From NCBI RefSeq assembly GCF_006345805.1, contig NC_043007.1, positions 28,954,001 through 29,018,000 of the forward strand: a stretch of DNA of 64,000 nucleotides, written 5' to 3'. This stretch comes from Octopus sinensis (lineage: Eukaryota). The notes under the pieces were generated by a model. It ran no database searches, was not told the DNA's origin, and worked only from the letters and a program-made list of their open reading frames with translations. Below are positions 52,290-63,921 of this stretch, one piece after another. The translations under genes were made by a program, and so were the position numbers. The stretch's first letter is position 1, and every line of letters begins with the position of its first letter.

Positions 52290-53448
52290 GGATTTTCTAT
52301 AGATAAGAAATCTTGAAATAAAACTGACTAATGATAGACATGCATACATATTACATAAATCATCATAATCCTTTAATGTTCTGGGCTGGCATGGGTTGGA
52401 CAGTTTTTCTGGGATCTGATGGGTGCAAGGCCTGCGTTGTACTCTAATGTCTGCATTAGCATTGTTTCTACAATGTGACTCCCTTCCTGATGCCAACCAT
52501 TTTACTGTGTATATTGAGTGGGTTTCTCATGCCAACCACTCTTGTAAGGTCATCATGCACCTTGCAAGACTAGAAACCCTGAAAGGAGATGAGGGGTTGA
52601 ATGAAAGGATCAGGACAGAAGAGATTTTTTGCTGTAGATGTGCTACATTTTAGAAGATAGGGGAGAGAGGGATCAGGGTGGAGGTGGGAAGAGATTAAAA
52701 TTGAGGTGACGAGGGGACTGGGTGGATCTTCAATGTATGAGGTGAGTAGAAGTGAGAGGGGAAAGAGGAAGTAAGTGTGGATGGGTGGGAGAGGCATACT
52801 GTCATATACACAAATACATATACACACATGCATATGTATATACATACACACACTCATACATATTATATACTTGTGCATCTATATACTCAGACATATACAT
52901 ATACTCATACACATAGATATATGTGCATACACACATGCACATACATGTACACTCACGCATAAACATAAACATACATACACAAACGCATTCACACACATAC
53001 ATACACATTCATACATATACCCACATGTGCACATACATACATGCACATGCATACATATACACATACATAAACATAGATACACATGCATATACATGCATAC
53101 GTACACATATATACATGCATTTTTATAAACAAAGACAGGTCTATCAAATACCATACAACACAAATCCTTCATTTATTAAAATTTATCTCCACTTCTCGGG
53201 GATGTATTACCATGGTCAAATGGTAAATAAAACCAGCTCCATGTGAGCAAGGGAGATAATCTCAAGAATGAAGAATTCTGCAAAGTTGACAGGACAGTAA
53301 TTCTAACATGTCCTTGAGATGTGGAGAGAATTTTAATAAACCAAGAATTCATGTTGGATACTATTTAATATGCCCATATTTGTCTGTGGTCATCAAATAC
53401 ATGTCACTGGCCAATCAGAAGCATTTCTCTGGGCTCACTTTTCTTTGG

Positions 53449-53496
<48 letters not shown>

Positions 53497-54514
53497 AGCA
53501 CGCACGTACAGCATCAACATATAGCAGCTAACACATTTACTCATCCTTGTATTGTTTGTCAGAATGTCCTGTAACCAACTGGCACAGATTTTCTTATATG
53601 TAAACAAATATTTTGCCAACTGTTATATATGAATATGTAAACACGCTGCTGTATTAACAAGCCTACTACACATATCCGTTACCCTGTTGAGGTATTCTAG
53701 TTAACAAAACTCTCTGAAGATAATCATATTTTCACACTTCTGAAAATAGCTCAGCAGGATTTGAGACAAAGCAAATTGATGTAGAAGCAGGACACACAAC
53801 CATGGGGTCACTTTGTAGTGGTTTCTACATGAACACATGGTCTACTTACCATTCTCATAATAACAGACAAGTCATTACTGACATATTTTGGAGATGGAGC
53901 ATTAAATAGCAAATTAGAAATATATGTGACGAGATAAATAGACAGACAGAAGGATTGGTAAAAAGGAAATTTAATGTAAACATTTTTAATATATGGCATA
54001 TTAAACATCTAACTAGAAATAAATATCTGGCAAGACAGGTAGATAAATGCTAAATTAGATACATACATCCATACACACATCTATAGTTATAGCACTATCT
54101 ATCTCTATACACACACACACACAACAAGCATTCATCCATCCATCTATCTACCTGTGGTAATGAAAAGTGAAACTGACAGCCAATATTTGCTATGCCTATG
54201 TATTTACACATGAGCTTTTCTTTGGATTTTTGCATCTACTGTCTCTTTTTCTCTTTCACTTCCTTTGTGTCCCTCTTCTCTCCTGCTTTTGATTTAATAA
54301 TGTGTATATGTATCTATGTATCTACTTCTCTTGCAATGTGATAAACATTTAAAAACACAAAACGAACGCCGTCACCAGTCACTCTCTTTCACTCTCTGTT
54401 TCTCTCTCTCTCGCTTTGCCACTTCTTTTATGTAAGTGTGATGCACACAACAGGTATGTACAAAAACAAAAAGTTAGCATATTAATATTATTGATAATAA
54501 TAATAATAATGATG

Positions 54515-54745
54515 ATGATGATGATCCTTTCTACTGTAGGAATAAGGCCTGAAATTTGGTGGGAGAGAATAGTCGGTTACATCGACCCCAGTACTGAACT
54601 GGTACTTATTTTATCGACCCTGAAAGGATGAAAGGCAAAGTCAACTATGGTAGAATATGACCTCAGAACGTAAAGCAGGACAAAATGCTGTTAAGCATTT
54701 TGCCCAGCATGCTAACGATTCTGCCAGTTTGCTGCCTTAATAATA
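54515..54745 (-). mobile_element. near-complete type-D SINE
   Basis: atcctttctactgtagg..acatcgaccccagtactgaactggtacttattttatcgaccctgaaaggatgaaaggcaaag..gctaacgattctgccag.tgctgcctt. Confidence 0.85.
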
Positions 54746-54949
54746 CTAGTAATAATAATAGCAATAATAATATTGAAGATTTCTTACATTTGTCACAGGG
54801 TAGTCCTGTGAGGGGAGCATTACAAGGATCAGTTACAACTGGTGAGATGGTTTACATAAAAACAACGAGGGGATTTTATGTAAAAAAGAAAAGGAAGTGG
54901 GATACATGAGACGAAAGTGTATATAGTGTACAAAATATATGAAAAATAT

Positions 54950-55500
54950 GTATAATGTACAATATACATGGATACATGGATGATGCAGTCCTCCTGATAG
55001 AGGAGAGCCTCCAATTAGAGCCAATCAAGGAACTCCACACATCCAGGATCATCCTGTTACCAAGAGCATGACTCCTCCATCCTTCTGTTGCTCTCCAATT
55101 TACAGACACATGCCTAGAGTAGCTCCATTTATTCCTAACTATTTTTTCCACAGTCACCCACCTTTTCCCAAATCAAGTGGAGGAGAGCACTTCCATCTCC
55201 ATCCTCACTCTCCTTTCCAAATGCAGCTTAGAGTCAATGAGGGCTTGACGAGAAGGAAAGGTGTTTGACATCAATATTTTCAGTCTCACCCATCTCACAA
55301 CCTTTTCCACTATAGTTACCAGATAGAAGAACACTGCCTCTTCTGCTTTGTTAAAGGAGGGTGATAGAGTAATCCTCACAATGAACTCAGTCAATTGTCT
55401 GACTCTCTGAAGAAATTAAAGTGACTCCATTCATTTAAGCAATTCTCAAATTGTAGTTGAGTGCAACCAACTGTGCCAATAAGCATTTTTTGAAATATTA
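54950..55500 (-). mobile_element. L1/Tx1-like LINE 3' fragment
   Basis: Minus strand EFIVRITLSPSFNKAEEAVFFYLVTIV..LHLERRVRMEMEVLS; homologous to 61160-61560. Confidence 0.5.
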
Positions 55501-55689
55501 GATATTGAAAAGCACCAACATTTTCAGGGAATTTTTTTTTTATAAAGTTAAAAATGATCTTTGAATTTTAATTTTATTAGCAGTCTATCTTTTGCATGTT
55601 GTTTATGTTCCGAACTACTTTTATGTTACTTTAATACCTTCAGAAAACCTGTGATACCAAATACAAATAATATTATCCATTAATTGTTC

Positions 55690-56470
55690 ATTGGATTTCC
55701 AAAGAATGGTGAATCTTGGTTCATTTCCTTCTTCTGCATCTCCTCATTTAGAAATTCTTCCTCCTCATTTATATCCATTGCCTTTTATCTTTGATGATTT
55801 TGTTTTTTCTGTTTGTATTTTCGTCTGTAATTATTTTTCTCTTACCCTGTGATGAAGATGCAATGCTACAGGTTAGTAGCATTATGGAATGAGGTATTTG
55901 CTAATCTATTTGTGATACTGGATCTAAAGATATTTCCATTGCTACTCTCAGAGTTTTGGCTGGTGGTACTCTGGAAACTGAGACTTCTTGTTCTTTTTGT
56001 TGTTTTTACTTATTTTCATTATTTTCGTGTTCCTTGTTTTTGCTGAATCTTCCTAGTATTTCAGGGAATTCATCTCTAAGGTGTATTTTACTCCTACAAA
56101 TATAAGAACCAGGTTTTCAATCCAATATTACCAAATCTCATATCCTTTGACTTCTACTGGGCACACTTCCAGCCTTTGAGCCCTTCTAGCCTTTGTAGCC
56201 TTTGAGTCTATTCTGACCATAGGTCAGCTTTTGTTAAGCCTGCTTTGACAACTCTCCCATACTGTGACACATTAATCATTAAGCTTTGTGCCCAATCATT
56301 AAGCTTAATCATTAAGCTTAGTGTCCAATGTCTCTTATTGTAACATTTGTGTTTGTTTGAGCCATGAGGCAAAAATGCGTAGTCAGAGGTATATCTGACA
56401 ATTTCAGCCAGTCTCAAACGGATAGTAAATAGTGCTAAAGATTTTGCCGTATTCAGTTGAGTTAATTTCT
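55690..56470 (-). mobile_element. possible Penelope-like N-terminal ORF fragment
   Basis: IRLRLAEIVRYTSDYAFL resembles the PLE N-terminal ..RY.SH..FL..C motif; followed by Lys/Glu/Asn-rich decayed coding-like DNA. Confidence 0.3.
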
Positions 56471-56734
56471 CTTGATATGATTTGGAAGGCTTGATGTACT
56501 ACTTAACACAAGGAGAAATTAATCTGCTTCTATCTTTTCTTAAGCAGAGATATATAATTTTTCTCTTCTCTCTCTCTCCGGATTATTTAGAGTAGCAGAG
56601 AAATGCTTTTAGGTTTTAGAAAATTCTCTCTTTACATCTCTTTTCTTGTAATTGTGGCAGATTAAAACAGATTTTGTCTGTTCATTTAGTGTTGAGAGAA
56701 GGTTTGTCTTCACCCAGCATCAACAGACCACAGC

Positions 56735-56798
56735 GCTTCAAGTTGTGGAAGACAGTAACACTATCGCTGTTACTGTCTTCCAAATTATTTCTTGAAGT
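56735..56798. other. 64-nt hairpin with a perfect 15-bp inner stem
   Basis: tggaagacagtaaca (56746-60) / tgttactgtcttcca (56768-82), 7-nt loop, outer gcttcaag/cttgaagt stem. Confidence 0.8.
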
Positions 56799-59517
56799 AT
56801 TTGGGGCAGTTTCTTCTATTAATTGTTCTCTAACCCATTCATTTTCTTTTTTGCTTTTGTATAATTAGTTCTGTTTATATTTTGCCTTGTTTTTAAGCCA
56901 TTGTAGCATTTTGTTGCGTGGCAAAAATATGTTTAGGCAGCCATTTTGGATGTGAAAATTTAAAGTATGAAAATAAATTTTTCAAAATTTGTGAATCAAA
57001 ACTATTTTTTGTTGTCTACTCCTGGGTAATGAGGGCAGCCTTTCCTTAACCAATTGTAGTTCTTTTTACAAATACTCGAAAAGAATTGCATTTGGTAATA
57101 CTTGAAGTAAAACATGTTTTGAAAAGAGAAGCAAAGACACGGAACAGACTATGAGACAGTAATAATAATAATGGCAACATTAGTAATAATAATAATAATA
57201 ATAATTGCTTCAAATTTTGGCACAAGGTCAGCAAATAGGGAGGAGGTAGTTGATTACATCAACCCCAATAATATTAATAGATGAGGGAATGATGGTGGTG
57301 GTGGCAGGGATGATGGCAGTGACAATGATGATGATGATGATGTTAAGTAGAAATTTAGTAAGAAGCAAACTAAAAAAAGGTTTTATCTGTAAATGATGTC
57401 TTGTTTGAAAATACACAAACTGTTGTTGTACATGAGAGTATGTGTGTTTGTATTTGTGCATATTATGTGTGAGTGAGCATGCATCTACGCATGAGTGTGT
57501 ATGCATAAATGCATGTGTACATTGTGTGTGTGTGTGTGTGGAGACCAGTAAGTCAATTGCAGTGTTTATATACCAATAATTATGCCATAGTGTTAATGAC
57601 TTTAGTAATTAACAAAGCTAATTTCTGTGAAGAAATAAACAGATTCTTTTTCAAGAATTGGATACATTTTGCCTGAGAGGAGGTTCCATTACAGCTGGAG
57701 GTGGCTGTTATTTAGGCATCCCTTGAAGATGGCAAAAGACTTTATACAAAGGGACAGGTTACTGGATTGTTACAGGTGTGGAATTACAGGTGAGAAGCAG
57801 CAATAATGAGATGTTACCAGATTCATGCCTTTTGCCACATTAATTAGAAGCATTAATGAAAGGAAACTCAATCAACTAGAAGCAGACATGGTCGTGCAGT
57901 TAAGGAGTTTGCTTTGCCATTTCATGATCCTGGGTTCAATACCAATGAGTAGCCCCTTGGTAGTTGTCCTCTCCCCTGGCTTTGGATCAACTGAGTGGAA
58001 GAAAACTGTGTGGAAACCTGTTTGCAGAAGTTTTCCTTCTTTTGGGTGGTTCATTTAGCCCCTATCATTTGGTCTCTTTATTAAGGTCCACTCTGTTTCC
58101 ACTATTGAGACTAAGGGACCAATCAAAGAATAACCTCCCCTGTCAATAGGACAGCCTTTATTCTTCTGGATAAAACAGAATGTACCAAGAGCTCATGCGT
58201 TAAGGGCTTAGTGCATTTGTTTTAAGGGAAAAGAGACAAAGAAGACATGCTATGTCTGTGGTTGGTGAGTGAGACACTGTAGTAGTAGTAGTAGTAGTAA
58301 CACCAAATATGCAAGCAGTGTGTCAATATGGGCCACATCTGACACCTCTGAAATTTAGTGTTGTTCTCTAAACCGCAATGCTTGTGACGTTGGTTTGGTA
58401 ATATCATTATTATTATTATGATGTCATCGCAAGATTATGAAGTGTGGTGATTGTAGTGACCTTGAAAAGAAGGAGTTATGTGGAATTTAAGTGGCCTTAA
58501 GAGGGGTTTGTTAGATAGTATTTAAAGGTAATGACCTAGTAAATGGGGTGGGTTGGTGGTCTTAAATTATCTGGTGGCATTGGTTCAAAATTGCTTTTTA
58601 GATGAGCCAACAAGGAAGCTTCTATGTGGTTGATTGACCTACTGAAAATAATAGTCAAACGTTCTTCCTGTTACACTTAGATGTCCTACAGTGGACAAGG
58701 TAGTCCTAGATATACTATATCTAAAAATAAGGGCAAATGGTTAAAATGTTATTGATCATAATTCTTATTGTTCAGGGCTGACCTGTGATTAAACACCAAC
58801 AGTATCACTGATATACATTGTGTGTCCTGATATTAATGAAGTTAGGTGTTGATCACAAGATCTTCCTGGAACTTTCTTAACCAAAGAGTCAAGTAAAATA
58901 GTCACAATAAAACAGTAAAGGTGGGGAACATTCCTGTTGTTCTGTTGTTTCTAATATAGTTACTCTTATCTTGGATTTCATTACACTTTTCCTAGACATT
59001 ATGCTGCAGTAAAATATTCCTTTTATTTACAAATAATTCACCAAAACATACTTTTAGTGCGATTTCTGCATTGAATCATATTATTGTATTCACACTCTAT
59101 GAAACAAAAAAATTATTATTTTCGTCTCCAATGCTTTGGGTGGGGTTGTGTTGCCCAAATACTGAAATGTCAGCACTGTACTCCCTGTAGTAGATGCATC
59201 AGCCAGTTGTTGTTCATTTATTCAGGATACCGGCTACACAAAGGGCTGGATTTCATTTTAATTGTGTCTGCTGCTGATACAAACTTGTCATTTATCTGAC
59301 ATTCAAGACTGCACTGTCAGCCCACCTAACTTCAGCAACAAAGTTAAATTATGTCAACATTTTTTTTTTACTATAGAAAAATCCTCCAGTTTTAAAGTGG
59401 ATTGATAATTAACAGAAGACTTTATTGGGTTAGAAATACACAACCATCAAAATCAAACTGATGGTAATATTTCTAAATAATCAAAAATATACATATTCTA
59501 GGCTTACACAAACACAT

Positions 59518-60260
59518 CATCATCATCATTTAATGTCCATTTTCCATGCTGGCATGGATTGGACAGTTTGACAGGAGCTGGACAATGCCAGAGAGCTGCA
59601 CCAGGCTCCACTTGTCTGCTGTGCCATGGTTTCTATGGTTGGATGCCCTTCCTAATGCCAACCACTTCACAGAGTGGCACTGGGTGCTTTTCTATGAAGG
59701 ACCAGTATTGGTGCTTTTTACATGGGACCAGCACCAGTGGGGTCACCAAGTAACTTACACAACAAAAATCTCTCAGCTCAGAGAGGGGGTAGTACTGAGG
59801 GAGGCGGTATTGTGCCAGTTGCAAGGTTAAAGTATGATAGAGAGAGATAGGGGTCTTACTAGAAGAAGAAATAGCTGACCATTCCAGTAGGTGTGAGAAA
59901 GCTCAAGAGAGAGAGAGGGAGAGAGATGATGCTGGAGATGCATTGGGACCTGCCCACAGGGTACAGTGGTGTGGGGAGGCTGTAAGTGATAGAGAGGGAG
60001 GGGACAGTGGAGAATGTTTCATAAGAATGTGAGGGGAGATGTTTAAAGACAGGGAAGAAGTGATGGGAGCAAGTGATGGTAAGAGAAATTGAAGTGGCTG
60101 CAGGTGTATGGTAGCAATGAGAGGGCATGGAGAGTGTACAGGTAGGCATGTGAGGGGGAGTGGAGGGTACTGCTGTGATTGGTGATCATGGGTAATGGGA
60201 AGGGAGGTGTTGGGAAGATGGGTTGTGAGGGGAGACTTGTCAGAAGAGAGATCATGTGTG
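59518..60260 (-). mobile_element. RTE-type tail with G/A-rich 3' UTR
   Basis: (cat)n ttaatgtccattttccatgctggcatgg..ggatgcccttcctaatgccaaccac..ggtcaccaagtaact, then a purine-rich tract as at 42325. Confidence 0.65.
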
Positions 60261-60779
60261 TGTGTGTGGGGGGGGGGGCTCTACTGAAAGTATCCAGAGA
60301 CCAGGTAGTGGCAGTGATGTGTATTAAACAATAATGGAATGAACTCTGCTAAAGGTATCCAAAGGCCAAGTGGTGCTTGTTTTCCACCTTTTCGATATAA
60401 CTTGAGGGAGATTTGACTGGTATTTCTTGTAGATCAAATAACCATATGGAAGGAATCCCTGCTATCATGAGGATTTTGCTTCTGCACTGTCCCACTGTAC
60501 CTCTTCCTGTATTATCATTGCGTTTCTATATTCTCCCATTATCCATCTACTGACCTGGTATCCTGCTATTGTCTCTGCATATTGTATGTTCCTACATTAC
60601 TCTTATATTTCTAATATAGGTCGTTGTGTACCAATATTCATAAATATTCTTCAGATATGAGTACAGAACTAAAACAAAGTAATTTTTAAATAACCCAACC
60701 ATAATTGCATTGAAGGCAAATAATAACCATCATTCACTATTCAGTGATACAATAGTGTTTAGTAGTGATGATGATGATG

Positions 60780-60816
<37 letters not shown>

Positions 60817-60824
60817 TAATAATA

Positions 60825-61150
60825 ATCCTTTCTGCTATGGGCACGGGGCCTGAAATTTGGGGAAGGATGAAAGGCAAAGTCAACCTCAGCAGAATTTGAA
60901 TTCAGAACGTAATGAAGGACAAAATGCTGCTAAGCATTTTGCCCGGCATTCTAATGATTCTGTCAGCTTGCCACCTAATAATAATAACAATAATAGTAAT
61001 AATAATAGTAATAATAATAATAACAACATTCCCGTTTACCAAATTTTGGGGGAGGGGACAAGCCAATTACACCAGCCCCAGTATTTCACTGGTACTTAAT
61101 TTATCAACCCCAAAAGAATGAAAGGCAAAGTCAACCTCGGCGGAATTTGA
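60825..61150 (-). mobile_element. two type-D SINE copies separated by (aat)n
   Basis: gaaaggcaaagtcaacctc.gc.gaatttgaa at ~60870 and ~61120. Confidence 0.75.
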
Positions 61151-61159
61151 ACTAATAAT

Positions 61160-61560
61160 AATAATATCTTTTAATGCAACAGAACAATGAGTGAGAGATG
61201 TTTCACATTTAGTAAAATTGAAGGATGTCAACTGGGAATAAAACTACGAAAATGTGTAAATGATAAAGTAAAAAACGAAATAGTGAAAGAGTCAGTCAAA
61301 ATAAACTCTCACAAAAGCCTAATTGTCCCAATTGCCAAAGACAAATGCTCTCTTCCAAATTCTGCACAAAAGTTATAGGTGCATATTTAAATTCATTCAT
61401 CCTGGCTTTGCTCATCACTCTTACCCATCTTTCAACAAGAGGAGAGCACTTCCAGTTCTGCCTCACCTTTTTCTTCCAGTCCCAGAAGTTGGTGAGGGTT
61501 TCACCAGAAAATAACAGCCTACAGAAGAAAACTTGTCTGCCTTTTGCAGCCAGAGGAAAT
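61160..61560 (-). mobile_element. L1/Tx1-like LINE 3' end with (att)n tail
   Basis: tcacccacctttt/ttacccatctttc..gaggagagcacttcca is shared with 55160-55200. Confidence 0.5.
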
Positions 61561-61697
61561 TAGTGGGGCATCTTTATGATAAACTATACTGACAAATACA
61601 TTCTTCTTACACACAGCACCCAAACATTTTAAAATTGAGTGAAAATATTTCTATTGATTTATCACTGATTTAACACTCATTTTTTTTACTATTTCAG

Positions 61698-61798
61698 CAT
61701 TCGGAAGATCCAAATGGGGAGAAGAACCAAAAAGACAGAAAGTAGGATTCCTTAATCCTACATGTTCATGGTATGAATGTGGAATTACCATACCCTAA
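61698..61798 (+). CDS. terminal coding exon B of the secreted coiled-coil/TARSH-like gene
   Basis: After tttcAG, phase 1 gives (A)FGRSKWGEEPKRQKVGFLNPTCSWYECGITIP*, matching the recalled ABI3BP end WYECGTTIP at nearly the same spacing from KE (24 vs about 26 residues). Confidence 0.88.
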
Positions 61799-61909
61799 AA
61801 TTCAACAAAAATACTGTAATGAAATCAAATTTAAGTGAAATTTGAAATTTGATGCAGCACAAGGCTAAATTACTCTGATGGTATCACAAAACAGCTTTTT
61901 AATTCCAAT

Positions 61910-61915
61910 AATAAA
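61910..61915 (+). promoter_or_regulatory. candidate polyadenylation signal
   Basis: AATAAA 112 nt after the stop codon; further AATAAA occur downstream (e.g. ~63115, ~63278). Confidence 0.35.
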
Positions 61916-62191
61916 ACAAATGAATTAACAATGAATAGCCAACTAACGGAACATTACCAAAAAAAGACAGCATATAGTATACATGTGTATATGAAAAGTG
62001 CTTGTGTAGTTATGTATATAATTACTCTAAGTGTATATGTATATATACATATATATACACGCAGTATATGTGGACAGTGGAATGAAAGATTATGTGTATA
62101 TATGTACAAAATTATGCTTTTATACATGAGTTTATATAAACATAGATATGCATTTATGTATAGAAATATTACAATATAATGAAGTCATTAG

Positions 62192-62226
<35 letters not shown>

Positions 62227-62416
62227 ATATATATACATATGTCTGTGTGTATATATATATATATACATATACAAAGTATGCATGTATATATATATATATA
62301 TGCATATGTGTATATATATATATGTGTGTGTGTGTGTATATATATATATATACATATATATACATGCATACTTTATATATGTATATATATACACACAGAC
62401 ATATATATATATCTGT

Positions 62417-62652
62417 ATAATATAAAAGTTAGAATAGGCCGGTTTATGGGATTACTTTTGGTTTCACATCCATAAATCGCTTAGCCTTATGGCATATCAT
62501 CAGATTCCAAAATCCGTTGGCTTGAGGCCTCTCTTGCAAGTGGCCGATCTAGAATATAAAGGAGGATATGACCTCGCTACTCAATGTCAACATCAGGGGA
62601 TTGTCTCCCAAAGGTAATCCCATAAACTGATCGATTCTAACTTTTATATTGT
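62417..62652. mobile_element. ~235-bp element with ~45-bp terminal inverted repeats and an internal hammerhead-like motif
   Basis: Left aatataaaagttagaataggccggtttatgggattacttttgg vs right reverse complement aatataaaagttagaatcgatcagtttatgggattacctttgg. Confidence 0.8.
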
Positions 62653-62839
62653 TTACTGCTCTATAACTTAGAGTGAGCTTCTTTTCTGGATTTATGTTCT
62701 ACCGACAGTATATCTGTATATACATATATGCATGAGTACGTATATGTAAATATACATGTGTATGCACACACACACACACACATATATATCTGTGTATGCA
62801 TATACATGTATGTACATACATATGTATCAGTATGTATAT

Positions 62840-63010
62840 GCATATATATAAATATATATATATTTACATACATACCTATATATATACATATATATATGTA
62901 TCTATGTATGTATGTATAAACATATCATCATCATCATCATCGTTTAGCGTCCGTTTTAAACGATGATGATGATGATGATATGCTTATACATACATACATA
63001 GATACATATA

Positions 63011-63063
<53 letters not shown>

Positions 63064-63866
63064 ACCAACCTCTTAATATGTTTGTGCTCTTTTGAAACAA
63101 AATTCTTTAAAAAAATAAACAAATGAAAATAAGAAAACCAATGAAAGTTTCAGAAAAACCAGCAGAGGAGGGACAAGAAATGGGAATAAGATTCTATGGA
63201 TTTCACCTCAACAAACCAACTGAACCCAATCAGAAGAGAACCACTGGAAAAATATTTACTTGGATTGTCAAATCACAATAAAATAAATGAAAACTCATTT
63301 TTACTGCCATTTATTTTTCAAATTATTTGACCATTATATTACACACACACACACACACATTTAAATGCCTATATCATTTGTTCAACATTAAATAATATAA
63401 TTTTATATATATATATATATATAAGTAGCAACATTCTAAACACTACTTCCCCTGCACAATGCTTGTTCTGCTGAACATTTTAGATACATCAAAATTCCAT
63501 GATATCTTGACCAATATCAAATGTTAAAGAATACGAGTTCTGTAAAACTATAACAAATCTGTCTCACTCCCAAATATCTAGTGTTATAAACCTTACAGTA
63601 ACATACAAAAGAAAAAGGCAAACACACATATTTGGTTAAGTGGCTGATACAAGAATTTAATATTGTATTTTATACGTGTGTGTATGTATGTGTGCATATA
63701 TATAATATATATATATTTACATACATACCTATATATATACATATATATATGTATCTATGTATGTATGTATAAACATATCATCATCATCATCATCGTTTAG
63801 CGTCCGTTTTAAACGATGATGATGATGATGATGATATGCTTATACATACATACATAGATACATATA

Positions 63867-63921
<55 letters not shown>

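Larger units (their letters stand above)
14943..61697 (+). other. 46,755-bp phase-1 GT-AG intron
   Basis: GT at 14943-44; tttaac branch-like motif, T-rich tract and ttttcAG ending at 61697. Joining the exons keeps the frame and completes the domain. Confidence 0.8.

Noticed and set aside
15300-61100. nested protein-coding gene in the large intron
   Set aside because: Every coding-like stretch I could read was TE-derived or low-complexity; very small exons cannot be excluded without transcript data.
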